NCBI RefSeq assembly: GCF_000020225.1 | Contig: NC_010655.1 | Location: 1,140,001-1,172,000, forward strand | Direction of reading: 5' to 3' | DNA: 32,000 nt | Origin: Akkermansia muciniphila ATCC BAA-835 | GTDB lineage: Bacteria; Verrucomicrobiota; Verrucomicrobiia; Verrucomicrobiales; Akkermansiaceae | Part shown: in pieces, positions 1 through 8,830 of the stretch | Position numbering within the stretch: the first letter of the stretch is position 1 | Layout of the letters: each line of letters opens with the position of its first letter | Program-made: the position numbers and the translations under genes | Notes under the pieces: generated by a model | Told to the model about the DNA's origin: nothing | Database searches by the model: none | The model's input: the letters and a program-made list of their open reading frames with translations, nothing else

Positions 1-1990
1 TCGTTGAAGTCTCCGAGGCGGATGCCGCATTCCAGACCTGCCTTGACTTCTTCCACTTCATCCTGGAAGCGGCGGAGGGTGGACATTTTACCGTCAAAGA
101 CGGGCGTCTTGTCGCGGATGACGCGCGCCTCGCAGCTGCGGAGGATTTTCCCGTCCTCCACCATGCAGCCTGCCGCACGGCCCTTGTTGAGCTTGAAGAC
201 CTGGAGCACTTTGGCGTGGCCGATGATGGTTTCGCGCGTTTCCGGTTCCAGAAGGCCCAGCATGGCATCCCGCACCTGGTCAATGAGTTCGTAAACGATG
301 GAATACAGTTTTACCTGCACGCCTTCCCGCTTGAGCAGTTTGACGGCGTTGGCTTCCACCTTGACGTTGAAGCCCAGGATGACGGCGTCCGAGGAGGAGG
401 CCAGCAGAACGTCCGATTCCGAGATGGGGCCGGCGGAGGCGTTCAGGAAGACGCATTCCACTTTGTCCGACTGGATGTCCAGAACAGCTTTCCTGATGGC
501 TTCCACGGAACCCTGCACATCCCCCTTCAGGAGTATTTTGAGCTGGGCTTTCTGGGTGCCGTCCCCCATCATGGCGAGCAGTTCTTCCATGCGTGCCTTG
601 CGGGGCTGGGCCAGGCGCTGCTTGCGCAGTTCCTCCTGGCGTTCTTCCCCAAGCTTTTTGGCGGCGCGTTCGTTTTCCATTTCCACCAGTTCGTCCCCCA
701 CGTTCGGGGTTTCAGAGAAGCCGGTGATTTCCACGGGCATGCCGGGCCCTACCTTTTTGACGCGTTCGCCGTGGTCGTTGACCAGGGCGCGCACCTTGCC
801 GGCGTAAGGGCCGCAGATGAAAGGCATTCCGACGCGGATGGTGCCGCTTTCCACGATGGCCGTGGCGGAGCTGCCCGTGCCGGGTTCCACGCGGGCCTCA
901 ATGATGGAGGCGCGGCAGTTGGCCTTGGGGTTGGCCTGGAGTTCCAGCACTTCTGACTGGAGGACGAGAAGGCCGAGAAGGTCGTCAATGCCGGCCCCGG
1001 TCAGGGCGGAGACTTCCACGCATTCCACATCGCCTCCGAAGTCCGTGGGAACCAGCCCTTCTTCCATCAGGCCGCTCTTGGTCTTGACGGGGTCTGCGGC
1101 CGGAAGGTCGCATTTGTTGATGGCGACGATGATGGTTTTGCCGGCTGCCTTGGAGTGGGCGATGGCTTCCCGCGTCTGGGGCATGATGCCGTCATTGGCG
1201 GCCACCACCAGAACCACGATGTCCGTGACGTCCGCGCCGCGGGCGCGCATTTCCGTGAAGATGGCATGGCCCGGCGTATCCAGGAAGGTGAGCGTGCTGC
1301 CGTTGTAGTCAACCGTATAGGCGCCGATGTGCTGGGTAATGCCCCCGGCTTCCCCCTTGGCCACGCGCGTTTTGCGGATGTAGTCCAGCAGGGATGTTTT
1401 GCCGTGGTCCACATGGCCCATGACGGTGATGATGGGCGTGCGCGTGATGAGGGTGGCTTTGGGTTCTTCCACCACCGGCACGGGTTCCGGTTCCTTGACG
1501 GGTTCCTGCTGGGCTTTCACGCCGCCGCCCTTTTCCCGTTTTTCACGGGCGAATGTGTAGCCGTGGAGGTCGCAGATGGAACTGACGGCGTCCGCATCCA
1601 GCGGCGTGTTCGGGTTGGCGAAGATGCCCATGCCCATCAGATCCTTGATGATTTGGAAGGGCTTGGCTTTCAGCATGCCCGCCAGCTCGGAAACGGAGAC
1701 GGGCGGCTTGAGGTTGATGATTTTATCGTCTGCGGAGGGTTCTTCCTGGGGTGCGGGCGCGGCGGGTTCTGCGGCGGCCGGGGCAGCGGCGGGCGCCGGA
1801 GCGGCGTCAGCGGCGCGCGACGCTTTTTTCTTGTTGCCGGAAAGCAAGTCGAGAGCTTCTTTCTTGACTGGAACAGGGCGGGAGGGCGCCGGTGCGGGGG
1901 CCGGCTGGGGTGCGCGTTTCTTTTTGGAAGATCCGCCGATCAGATCCAATACTTCCTTTTTGGGTTCTTTCTCTTCTTGTTTATTAGGCA
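1..1990 (-). CDS. infB: translation initiation factor IF-2 (3' end runs off the window)
   Basis: Absent from the ORF track because it is open at the window edge. My minus-strand translation from the ATG at 1990-1988 gives MPNKQEEKEPKK..., an Ala/Pro-rich linker, then GTPase motifs GHVDHGKTS, DTPGH and NKCD. It lies directly downstream of nusA, as in the conserved nusA-infB operon. Confidence 0.95.
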
Positions 1991-2033
1991 TCTTGATTTA
2001 AGGTTGTTAGATGTTGAGCGCCGCGCTCAACGG

Positions 2034-3329
2034 TTATTGGGAGATAAGGTCCCGGGCCTTGTCCAGAATTTGGGCGGCTTCCTCTGCGGGAATGCCCATG
2101 CTTTCCGCGATGTCGGAAGCTTCAAATCCGGTGAGGGCCACCAGGTCCGTTCCGCCCATGGTCACCAGGCCCATGGCGGTTTCTTCCGGGATTTCCAATT
2201 GTTCGCTGAGGGTTTTGGCCGCAGCCTGGCATTGGCGCATGACTTCTTCGGCCGCAGCCTGGCTCTGGCGTTTTTCCGCTTCCTGGACATCAAAGACGCG
2301 CACCTGGACATCCCAGCCCATCAGGCGGGAGGTGAGGCGGGCATTCTGGCCCCTGCGGCCGATGGCCTTGGAGAGGTCTTTGTCGTCCTGGACGATAACG
2401 AAGATTTTTCTGGCTTCCTCGTCCACGGTGATTTCCCGCGGTTCCACGGGGCTGAGAGCTTCCCGGACGAAGGTGACGGGGTCTTCCGTCCATTCCAGGA
2501 TGTCCACTTTTTCATTGTTGAGCTCCCGGACGATGTTTTTGACGCGGGCGCCGCGCATGCCTACGCATGCCCCTACCGGATCTACTTTGTCGTCATGGCT
2601 GATGACGGCCACTTTGGTGCGGTAGCCGGCTTCGCGGGCGATGCCGTGGATTTCCACGGTCTGGTCGCCTATTTCCACCACTTCCGATTCAAAGAGGCGG
2701 CGCACCAGGTTCGGATGGCTGCGGGAAAGGATGACTTCCGGGCCGCGTGCTTCCGTGCGCACTTCCACCACGTAGAAGCGCATGCGGTCGCCGACGCTGT
2801 AGTCTTCATTCGGCACGCGTTCGCGGGAGGTCATGACGCCTTCGAATTTGCCGAGGTCCACAAAAATATCCCCCTTTTCAAAACGGCGGATGGTGCCCGT
2901 TACCAGATCTCCGGCGCGGTCCTTGAATTCGTCGTAGAGCATTTCCTTTTCCGCATCCAGCAGTTTCTGGAGCATGGTCTGGCGGGCGGTCTGCACCGCG
3001 ATGCGGCCGAAGCCCTTGGGCGTGATGTTGGTGGGGAGCAGGTCGTGAAGCACGGCGTTTTTGTCCAGCTTGACGGCCAGGGAAAGGGGGATCTGGTTGA
3101 ATTTGTCGGAATATTCTTCATCCGGCACCACTTCCAGGTCCGCAAAAATACGCACCTTGCCCTTGTCCACGTTGATTTCGGCCCTCAGGTAGTTGATGCT
3201 GCCGGAACCGGGAACCATTTTGCGGTAGGCGGAGAGAAAGGCGGACTCCAGAGCGAGGAGAATTTTTTCACGGGAGAGCCCTTTTTCCCTCTCGTAGTAG
3301 TCAATCAAAGCTTTAATATCGTTTGTCAT
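2034..3329 (-). CDS. nusA: transcription termination/antitermination factor NusA
   Basis: Track ORF 2034-3443, trimmed to the internal ATG at 3329 (MTNDIKALIDYYEREKGLSREKIL...), which is a typical NusA N-terminus. S1 domain (GDLVTGTIRRFEKGDIFVDLG) and two KH domains (GMRGARVKNIV, AIGRRGQNARL) are present. Confidence 0.93.
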   Translation of the reverse strand: MTNDIKALIDYYEREKGLSREKILLALESAFLSAYRKMVPGSGSINYLRAEINVDKGKVRIFADLEVVPDEEYSDKFNQIPLSLAVKLDKNAVLHDLLPTNITPKGFGRIAVQTARQTMLQKLLDAEKEMLYDEFKDRAGDLVTGTIRRFEKGDIFVDLGKFEGVMTSRERVPNEDYSVGDRMRFYVVEVRTEARGPEVILSRSHPNLVRRLFESEVVEIGDQTVEIHGIAREAGYRTKVAVISHDDKVDPVGACVGMRGARVKNIVRELNNEKVDILEWTEDPVTFVREALSPVEPREITVDEEARKIFVIVQDDKDLSKAIGRRGQNARLTSRLMGWDVQVRVFDVQEAEKRQSQAAAEEVMRQCQAAAKTLSEQLEIPEETAMGLVTMGGTDLVALTGFEASDIAESMGIPAEEAAQILDKARDLISQ

Positions 3330-3356
3330 GAGTGTGGAGGAGTGTGATGGATAGAC

Positions 3357-3384
3357 AAAAAAGAGCGGGTCGACAGACCCACTC
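3357..3384 (-). terminator. intrinsic-terminator-like hairpin in the nusA leader
   Basis: Minus-strand RNA reads GAGUGGGUC-UGUC-GACCCGCUC followed by UUUUUU: a 9-bp stem with one G-U pair. It ends 27 nt upstream of the nusA ATG, and no upstream minus-strand gene is present for it to terminate. Confidence 0.5.
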
Positions 3385-3583
3385 TCGAGTGCCTCTCGGG
3401 GTGTTTGCCTATTTAAGTAAGCACGAGGGGGAGGTTCTGGCAAGAAAAAACGCTTGTTCTATGCGGCATGCAAAAGACTGGGGATGATTCCGGAAGAAGA
3501 ATTTTCCGGAGCCCTCCGGGAGGGGGCGGGACAACGGTGTTTGAGGGCTTGACGGACCCGTGAAAAACGGGAAGTATGCGCGC

Positions 3584-4345
3584 ATGAAACTCGTCTCATG
3601 GAACGTGAACGGATTGCGGGCGGTTCTGGGCAAGGGAATGGCGGACGCCGTGGATGCCCTGGAGCCGGACGTCCTCTGCCTTCAGGAGATCAAGGCGCGT
3701 CCGGAACAGGTGAAAGACCTGTGGATTTCCTCCTGGCCGCACCAGCTCTGGAATCCGGCGGAGAAGGCCGGCTATTCCGGCGTGCTGATCCTCAGCCGGG
3801 TGCGGCCTCTTTCCACGTCCGTCGGAATCGGCTGGCCGGAGCATGACCGGGAAGGGCGCGTCTGCACGATGGAATTCGAGGGGTTTTACCTGGTCAACTG
3901 CTATACGCCCAATTCACAGAATGAACTGGTGCGCCTTCCGTACCGGGAGCAGTGGGACGCCGCGTTCCGCGAGTATGTGGCGGGACTGGCGGAAACCAAG
4001 CCGGTCGTTTTCTGCGGAGACTTGAACGTGGCCCATGAGGAGATTGACATTGCACGTCCCAAAGAGAACCGTTTTTCCGCCGGGTTCAGCGACCAGGAGC
4101 GCGCCGGGTTCACGCTGCTGCTTGAGGCCGGTTTTACGGATACGTTCCGCGCCCTGCATCCGGAGGAGCCGGGCTGGTACAGCTGGTGGTCCTACCGCGC
4201 GGGCGCCCGCGCCCGGAATATCGGATGGCGCATTGACTATTTCTGCGTTTCCAATCCGCTGGCTTCCAGGGTGAAGGATGCCGCCATCCATCCGGATGTG
4301 ACGGGGTCCGACCATTGCCCCGTCAGCCTGGAGATTGACTGCTGA
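3584..4345 (+). CDS. xth: exodeoxyribonuclease III (AP endonuclease family)
   Basis: MKLVSWNVNGLRA N-terminus, LCLQEIKA, and C-terminal SDHCPV motif. Start placed at the ATG at 3584 rather than the GTG at 3560. Confidence 0.9.
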   Translation: MKLVSWNVNGLRAVLGKGMADAVDALEPDVLCLQEIKARPEQVKDLWISSWPHQLWNPAEKAGYSGVLILSRVRPLSTSVGIGWPEHDREGRVCTMEFEGFYLVNCYTPNSQNELVRLPYREQWDAAFREYVAGLAETKPVVFCGDLNVAHEEIDIARPKENRFSAGFSDQERAGFTLLLEAGFTDTFRALHPEEPGWYSWWSYRAGARARNIGWRIDYFCVSNPLASRVKDAAIHPDVTGSDHCPVSLEIDC

Positions 4346-4389
4346 GCGCGGTCTTTCAGATGATTTTCAACTGTAAAAGATTGATGATT

Positions 4390-5004
4390 ATGGAACAGGA
4401 ATTGCCGCTGCTGGTGGTTGCCACGCGCAACGCCCACAAGACCGGGGAAATCCGCGCCATGCTGGCCGGGAAATGGGAAGTGAAGGATCTTTCCGACTAT
4501 CCCCAGGCTCCGCCCGTGGATGAAACGGGAGTCACGTTTACGGAGAACGCCACGCTCAAGGCGCTTTCCGCTTCCAGATGCATCCCCGGCGTCCTGCTGG
4601 CGGATGATTCCGGGCTGGAGGTGGATGTGCTGGACGGGCGCCCCGGAGTCTGGTCCTCCTCCTTCGGCGGGGAGGAAGGGAATCATGCGCGGAATAACCT
4701 CCGCATGATGGAGGAACTGCGGCGCGCCGGCGTGAAGCCGGGGGACAGGCCTTCCGCGCGGTTCCGCTGCGTCATGGTGCTTGCCGGGAACGGCCGCGTG
4801 CTGGCGGAGTTTTCCGGTTCCGTGGAAGGCTACATGTTGACGGAGCCGGCCGGAGAAGGAGGGTTCGGCTATGATCCGCTGTTTGTCCCGGAAGGGCATG
4901 ACCGGAGTTTCGCCCAGCTTCCCATGGAAGTGAAAAATTCCATGTCGCACCGCGCCCGCGCTCTGGCACAGGTGGTGGAGTGGATGAAGGAACGCCGGGC
5001 CTGA
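4390..5004 (+). CDS. rdgB: non-canonical purine NTP (dITP/XTP) pyrophosphatase, RdgB/HAM1 family
   Basis: LLVVATRNAHKTGEI, GFGYDPLF and SHRARAL motifs. Start is ambiguous: ATGs at 4360, 4384 and 4390. Confidence 0.88.
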   Translation: MEQELPLLVVATRNAHKTGEIRAMLAGKWEVKDLSDYPQAPPVDETGVTFTENATLKALSASRCIPGVLLADDSGLEVDVLDGRPGVWSSSFGGEEGNHARNNLRMMEELRRAGVKPGDRPSARFRCVMVLAGNGRVLAEFSGSVEGYMLTEPAGEGGFGYDPLFVPEGHDRSFAQLPMEVKNSMSHRARALAQVVEWMKERRA

Positions 5005-5035
5005 GGTCTTTCCCGGACGCCTGGCGGCGGGGAGG

Positions 5036-5611
5036 TCAGTCCAGCCTGAAGGCGCATATCTGGAAGGGAGCCGGTGTTCCGGTGTTCAGGAGCTGGTATT
5101 TGCCGGCGCGCCAGGAATGATGGGGCAGGCGGGACAGGAAGGCTTCCACGGCTTCCGCTTCTTCCTTTCCTCCTTCGTGGCCGGGATAGCACATGACGCT
5201 GAGAAGCCCGTTCGGGGCAATGAGAGCGGCGGCCTGTTCCAGCGCCGCCAGGGTGCATTCCGTCCTGGTGACCGTTTTTTTGTCCCCGCCCGGCAGATAG
5301 CCCAGGTTGAAAACGATGGCCTTCACGGGGCCTCCGACCAGTTCCGCCAGGCGGTCATGGCTGGCAAGATGGAGCTGGACGGAAGGGGTGAGCAGCCCTT
5401 CCTTCTCCAGACGCTCCCTGGTGGCGCGGATGGCTTCTTCCTGCACGTCAAAGGCGTGCACCTGGCCGGAAGTGCCAACCAGCCGGGCCAGGAAAACCGT
5501 ATCGTGCCCGTTGCCCGCCGTGGCGTCCACGACTGCGTCCCCGGGGGAGACGACGCGGCTGATCCAGTCATGAGCGCAGGTCATGGGGCGGCTGAGCAGG
5601 GAACATTTCAT
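5036..5611 (-). CDS. class I SAM-dependent methyltransferase, YtqB-like putative rRNA methylase
   Basis: C-terminal 191 aa of track ORF 5036-6049. The VDATAGNGHDTVFLA SAM-binding motif and the length fit the YtqB family. The upstream part of the ORF overlaps the DUF362 gene and looks non-coding. Confidence 0.8.
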   Translation of the reverse strand: MKCSLLSRPMTCAHDWISRVVSPGDAVVDATAGNGHDTVFLARLVGTSGQVHAFDVQEEAIRATRERLEKEGLLTPSVQLHLASHDRLAELVGGPVKAIVFNLGYLPGGDKKTVTRTECTLAALEQAAALIAPNGLLSVMCYPGHEGGKEEAEAVEAFLSRLPHHSWRAGKYQLLNTGTPAPFQICAFRLD

Positions 5612-5768
5612 GACCGGGTTGTACAGAAGCCTTGCCTGTATGACAATTCGTTTATGAAATTCCGGTGCGGGAAGAATGACAGGTTGTTTTTTGGCAGGGC
5701 GTGTGTTAGGAAGAGGCATAAAACCTTCTGCGTGTTCCCGCATGCGGGGATAAACCACAGACGTTGCC

Positions 5769-6689
5769 ATGAAGATGACTGACAGACGCACTTTTTTGAA
5801 AAGGACTGCCGCCGCAGGGGCGCTGGCGGCCATATCGGACATGGATTCCCTGTTCGCCCAGGAGGCCGGAGCTCCGGCGGCTTCCGGCATCCCGGATCTG
5901 GTGGCCGTTCGCAACGGTACCCGTGCGGAGATGGTCAGGAAGGCCGTGGAGACGCTGGGCGGCATGCAGGCTTTCGTCAAGCCGGGCCAGACCGTCGTCA
6001 TCAAGCCGAACATCGGCTGGAACAAGGCTCCGGAATTTGGCGCCAACACTCATCCTGAAACCGTCGCCACGCTGGTGGAGCTGTGCAGGAAGGCCGGGGC
6101 GAAGGAAGTAAGGGTGTTTGACCACTGCTGCCACAACGGCGCTTATGAGGGCAGCGGCGTGAAAGAGGCCGTAGAGAAGGCTGGCGGTGTGATGGTGGAC
6201 GGCGGCAATGAGAGCCAGTACGTGCGGACGGAAAACCCGAAAGCCCGGAAATTCACCTCCGCCAAGGTGCATAAGGCCGTGCTGGAAGCGGATGTTTATA
6301 TCACCTGCCCGCCCCTCAAGCACCACAGCGGTTCCGAGATGACCGCCTGCATGAAGAATGTCATGGGCACCGTCTGGGACCGCGGGGCCATGCATAAGAA
6401 CGACCTGCACCAGTGCATCGCGGACGCCGTGTATTTCCGCAAGCCGGACCTGTGCGTGCTGGACGCCTACATGCCCATGGTGCGCAATGGCCCCGTGGGG
6501 AAGGATACGAATGACCTGGTGGAGCGCAAAACCCTTCTGGCTTCCCGTGACATCGTGGCCATTGACGCTGCGGGCGCCGCCCTGCTGAACAAGGCCGGAA
6601 AAATTCGCCATGTGCAGCTTGGGGAGGAAATGGGGCTGGGCGTCGCCGACCTTTCCAGGCTTAATATCCGCCGTATCAGCATGGCCTGA
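5769..6689 (+). CDS. DUF362 domain protein with twin-arginine (Tat) signal
   Basis: N-terminus MKMTDRRTFLKRTAAAGALAA is a Tat-type signal. The body (VVIKPNIGW, KHH, CVLDAY, ASRDIVAIDA) matches my recollection of DUF362. Confidence 0.75.
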   Translation: MKMTDRRTFLKRTAAAGALAAISDMDSLFAQEAGAPAASGIPDLVAVRNGTRAEMVRKAVETLGGMQAFVKPGQTVVIKPNIGWNKAPEFGANTHPETVATLVELCRKAGAKEVRVFDHCCHNGAYEGSGVKEAVEKAGGVMVDGGNESQYVRTENPKARKFTSAKVHKAVLEADVYITCPPLKHHSGSEMTACMKNVMGTVWDRGAMHKNDLHQCIADAVYFRKPDLCVLDAYMPMVRNGPVGKDTNDLVERKTLLASRDIVAIDAAGAALLNKAGKIRHVQLGEEMGLGVADLSRLNIRRISMA

Positions 6690-6757
6690 CGCGGCGGCTC
6701 CTTCTCCCGTCTGCGGATGACGCGGTGGGGGGCCAACTTTCCGCCTCCGGCGGGTTT

Positions 6758-8524
6758 ATGATAAATATGTCAGTTATCAAAGCCTTTCTCGTCAGTCCTC
6801 TGAAGTGGCTCCGCGTGACGGTGGCCGTCATTTTCTTTATTGGGATTGCATACGCTTTTCTGCACCACATTCCCGCGTGGAACGTGCCGAACATGACGGG
6901 GGGCGGAGAGGGGATGGAAGATTCCTTTTCCCTGGCGCGGTGGCAATTTGTGCCGTCCGTGCTGGGGACCCTGAGCGGGGCAGCCGTTTCCGCCGTGATT
7001 CTGGGGGTTTTGCTGCTGCTTACGCTGCTGTTCGGCCGCGTATACTGTTCCTTCATCTGCCCGCTGGGGATTCTCCAGGATATTGTCTTCAGAATCCGCC
7101 GCTGGCTGGCGCCGAAGCGTTTCCTGAAATTCTCCCGGCCTGTGCCGTGGGTGCGGTATGGGGTGCTGGCATTGCTGGCCGCCTGCTGCGTGACGGGGCT
7201 GGCCGGTCTGTCTCTGAATTGGCTGGACCCTTACAGCATTTTCGGGCGCATCATGTATGTGCTGGCATGGCCGGCCGCCATTTGGAGCAATAACCTGCTG
7301 GCGGCGGACAGTTCTTCTGCGGACCTGGTCCAGATGGATTATTTCCCCGCGGCTTTCCCGGTTCTGCTGGCTTCCGCCGGCATGCTCGGCCTGGTGGCCG
7401 TCATGAGTGCCTGGAAGGGGCGCCTGTATTGCAATACGGTATGCCCCGTCGGCACGCTGCTTGGCCTGCTTTCCCGTATCTCCCTTTTCCGGCTGGGCTT
7501 TGATCCCGCCTCCTGCAAGAAATGCGGCAAATGCGTCAAATCCTGCAAGGCGCAATGCCTGAACCTGAAGGAATACAAAATAGACTCCTCACGCTGCGTG
7601 GCGTGCTACGATTGCGTGCGCTCCTGCAGTGAGGGGGGAATACGCTACCGCTGGTTTACCAGGGCCCGTCAACTGGTTCCGGCCCAAAAAAAGAAGGCTT
7701 CCCCGGATACCGCCCTCTCTTCTTCCGCCGCAGTTCCCTCCATTGCCGGGAGTTCCCGCCGCCAGTTCCTGGAGGCTACTGCGGCCGGGCTGGCTACGGC
7801 CGCCCTTTCCGGATGCCGGGGAGATGCCGCCCGGAAGCTGGACCCCACCCAGTGCGTTCTTCCTCCCGGAGCCGGTTCCCTGGAACGTTTTCTGGATATC
7901 TGCACCGGCTGCCAGATGTGCGTTGCCAACTGCCCCACCCATGTGCTTCAGCCTTCATACCTGCAGCTTGGCCTGAAGGGATTCATGAAACCCCGGATGG
8001 ATTTTGCCACCAAATACTGCCTTTATGATTGCCACCGGTGTGCGGAAGTCTGCCCCACGGGGGCCATACGCAGGATGCCTGTTACCGCGGAAAGGGATAC
8101 TGAGGGAATAACAAAAGATACTACGCGCATTGCCGTGGCCCGGTTTTACGTCTGCCGCTGCCTGGTTGCCCGGGAGGACATGGATTGCGGAGCCTGTACG
8201 GAGCATTGCCCCACCAAGGCCCTTTACACGGTGCCCTATATCGGGCGTGACGGCCAGGAGCACCGCCTGCCCAGGCTGGATCCTTCCCTGTGCATCGGCT
8301 GCGGCGCGTGCGAACACGCCTGTCCCGTTACCGCGGAACGGCCTGAGGAACGCGAACGCCGGAACTCCTGCGATTTGTGCGAGGAAAAATGCGAGTTCGG
8401 AAGGCGGCGGGAAATGCCCCCCCGGGCGTTGGTGGTCCGTGCCGTAAATCCCCAGCAGAAAGCTGTTAAAAAGTTTGAGGACAAAGCTGTGGATCCGGTG
8501 GGGGATGCGGATTTTCCGTTTTGA
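6758..8524 (+). CDS. membrane polyferredoxin, NapH-like N-terminal half fused to NapG-like 4Fe-4S C-terminal half
   Basis: Two CxxxCP(L/V)G motifs within TM segments (YCSFICPLG, YCNTVCPVG). Six CxxCxxC(xxx)C(P) clusters: CKKCGKCVKSC, CVACYDCVRSC, CTGCQMCVANCP, CHRCAEVCP, CGACTEHCP, CIGCGACEHACP. Start could be GTG 6725, ATG 6758 or ATG 6767. Confidence 0.8.
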   Translation: MINMSVIKAFLVSPLKWLRVTVAVIFFIGIAYAFLHHIPAWNVPNMTGGGEGMEDSFSLARWQFVPSVLGTLSGAAVSAVILGVLLLLTLLFGRVYCSFICPLGILQDIVFRIRRWLAPKRFLKFSRPVPWVRYGVLALLAACCVTGLAGLSLNWLDPYSIFGRIMYVLAWPAAIWSNNLLAADSSSADLVQMDYFPAAFPVLLASAGMLGLVAVMSAWKGRLYCNTVCPVGTLLGLLSRISLFRLGFDPASCKKCGKCVKSCKAQCLNLKEYKIDSSRCVACYDCVRSCSEGGIRYRWFTRARQLVPAQKKKASPDTALSSSAAVPSIAGSSRRQFLEATAAGLATAALSGCRGDAARKLDPTQCVLPPGAGSLERFLDICTGCQMCVANCPTHVLQPSYLQLGLKGFMKPRMDFATKYCLYDCHRCAEVCPTGAIRRMPVTAERDTEGITKDTTRIAVARFYVCRCLVAREDMDCGACTEHCPTKALYTVPYIGRDGQEHRLPRLDPSLCIGCGACEHACPVTAERPEERERRNSCDLCEEKCEFGRRREMPPRALVVRAVNPQQKAVKKFEDKAVDPVGDADFPF

Positions 8525-8830
8525 AAACGGCTGGCGGTTTGGAAGATGATGAAATAAACGCTCCCGGAGGCTTCAAACCTCCCTTTCGGGAGGGCTGTGT
8601 CTGTCCATCCGGTTTTTCGGGGGAATTCCGTGCAGCCCGGTTTGCGGCACGGATACGGCCGCGGGGGATGCCGAGATGAGCGGGGGCAGGAGGAGCCTGA
8701 CCGCGGGAGCGTTCCCGCGGCTGGCAGGGAAGGTTTCCGGAGAGCATGTTCTCCGTTGCTGGCGGGATAGAGTGCAAATGCCCGATTTTCCTTGATGATG
8801 CGGAAGTTGATACGTTAAAGTAAAAGAACC

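Noticed and set aside
1740-1920. GC-rich low-complexity DNA (gcggcggccggggcagcggcgggcgcc...), checked as a possible tandem repeat element
   Set aside because: It encodes the Ala/Pro-rich linker of IF-2 on the minus strand. It is compositional low complexity, not a discrete repeat unit or array.
1155-3347. 730-aa plus-strand ORF, and similar long ORFs at 216-956 (+), 4237-4950 (-), 5706-6611 (-), 8969-10648 (-), 11076-12752 (-), 16692-17594 (-), 18225-19316 (-), 20492-23377 (+) and 24541-25530 (-)
   Set aside because: Each lies antisense to a gene with clear family motifs. Each has the Gly/Arg/His/Ala/Pro-rich, motif-free composition typical of shadow ORFs in GC-rich DNA.
5612-6049. N-terminal extension of the methyltransferase ORF (track ORF 5036-6049)
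   Set aside because: It overlaps the well-supported DUF362 gene on the other strand. Methyltransferase similarity only begins at the ATG at 5611, and the family is ~190 aa long.
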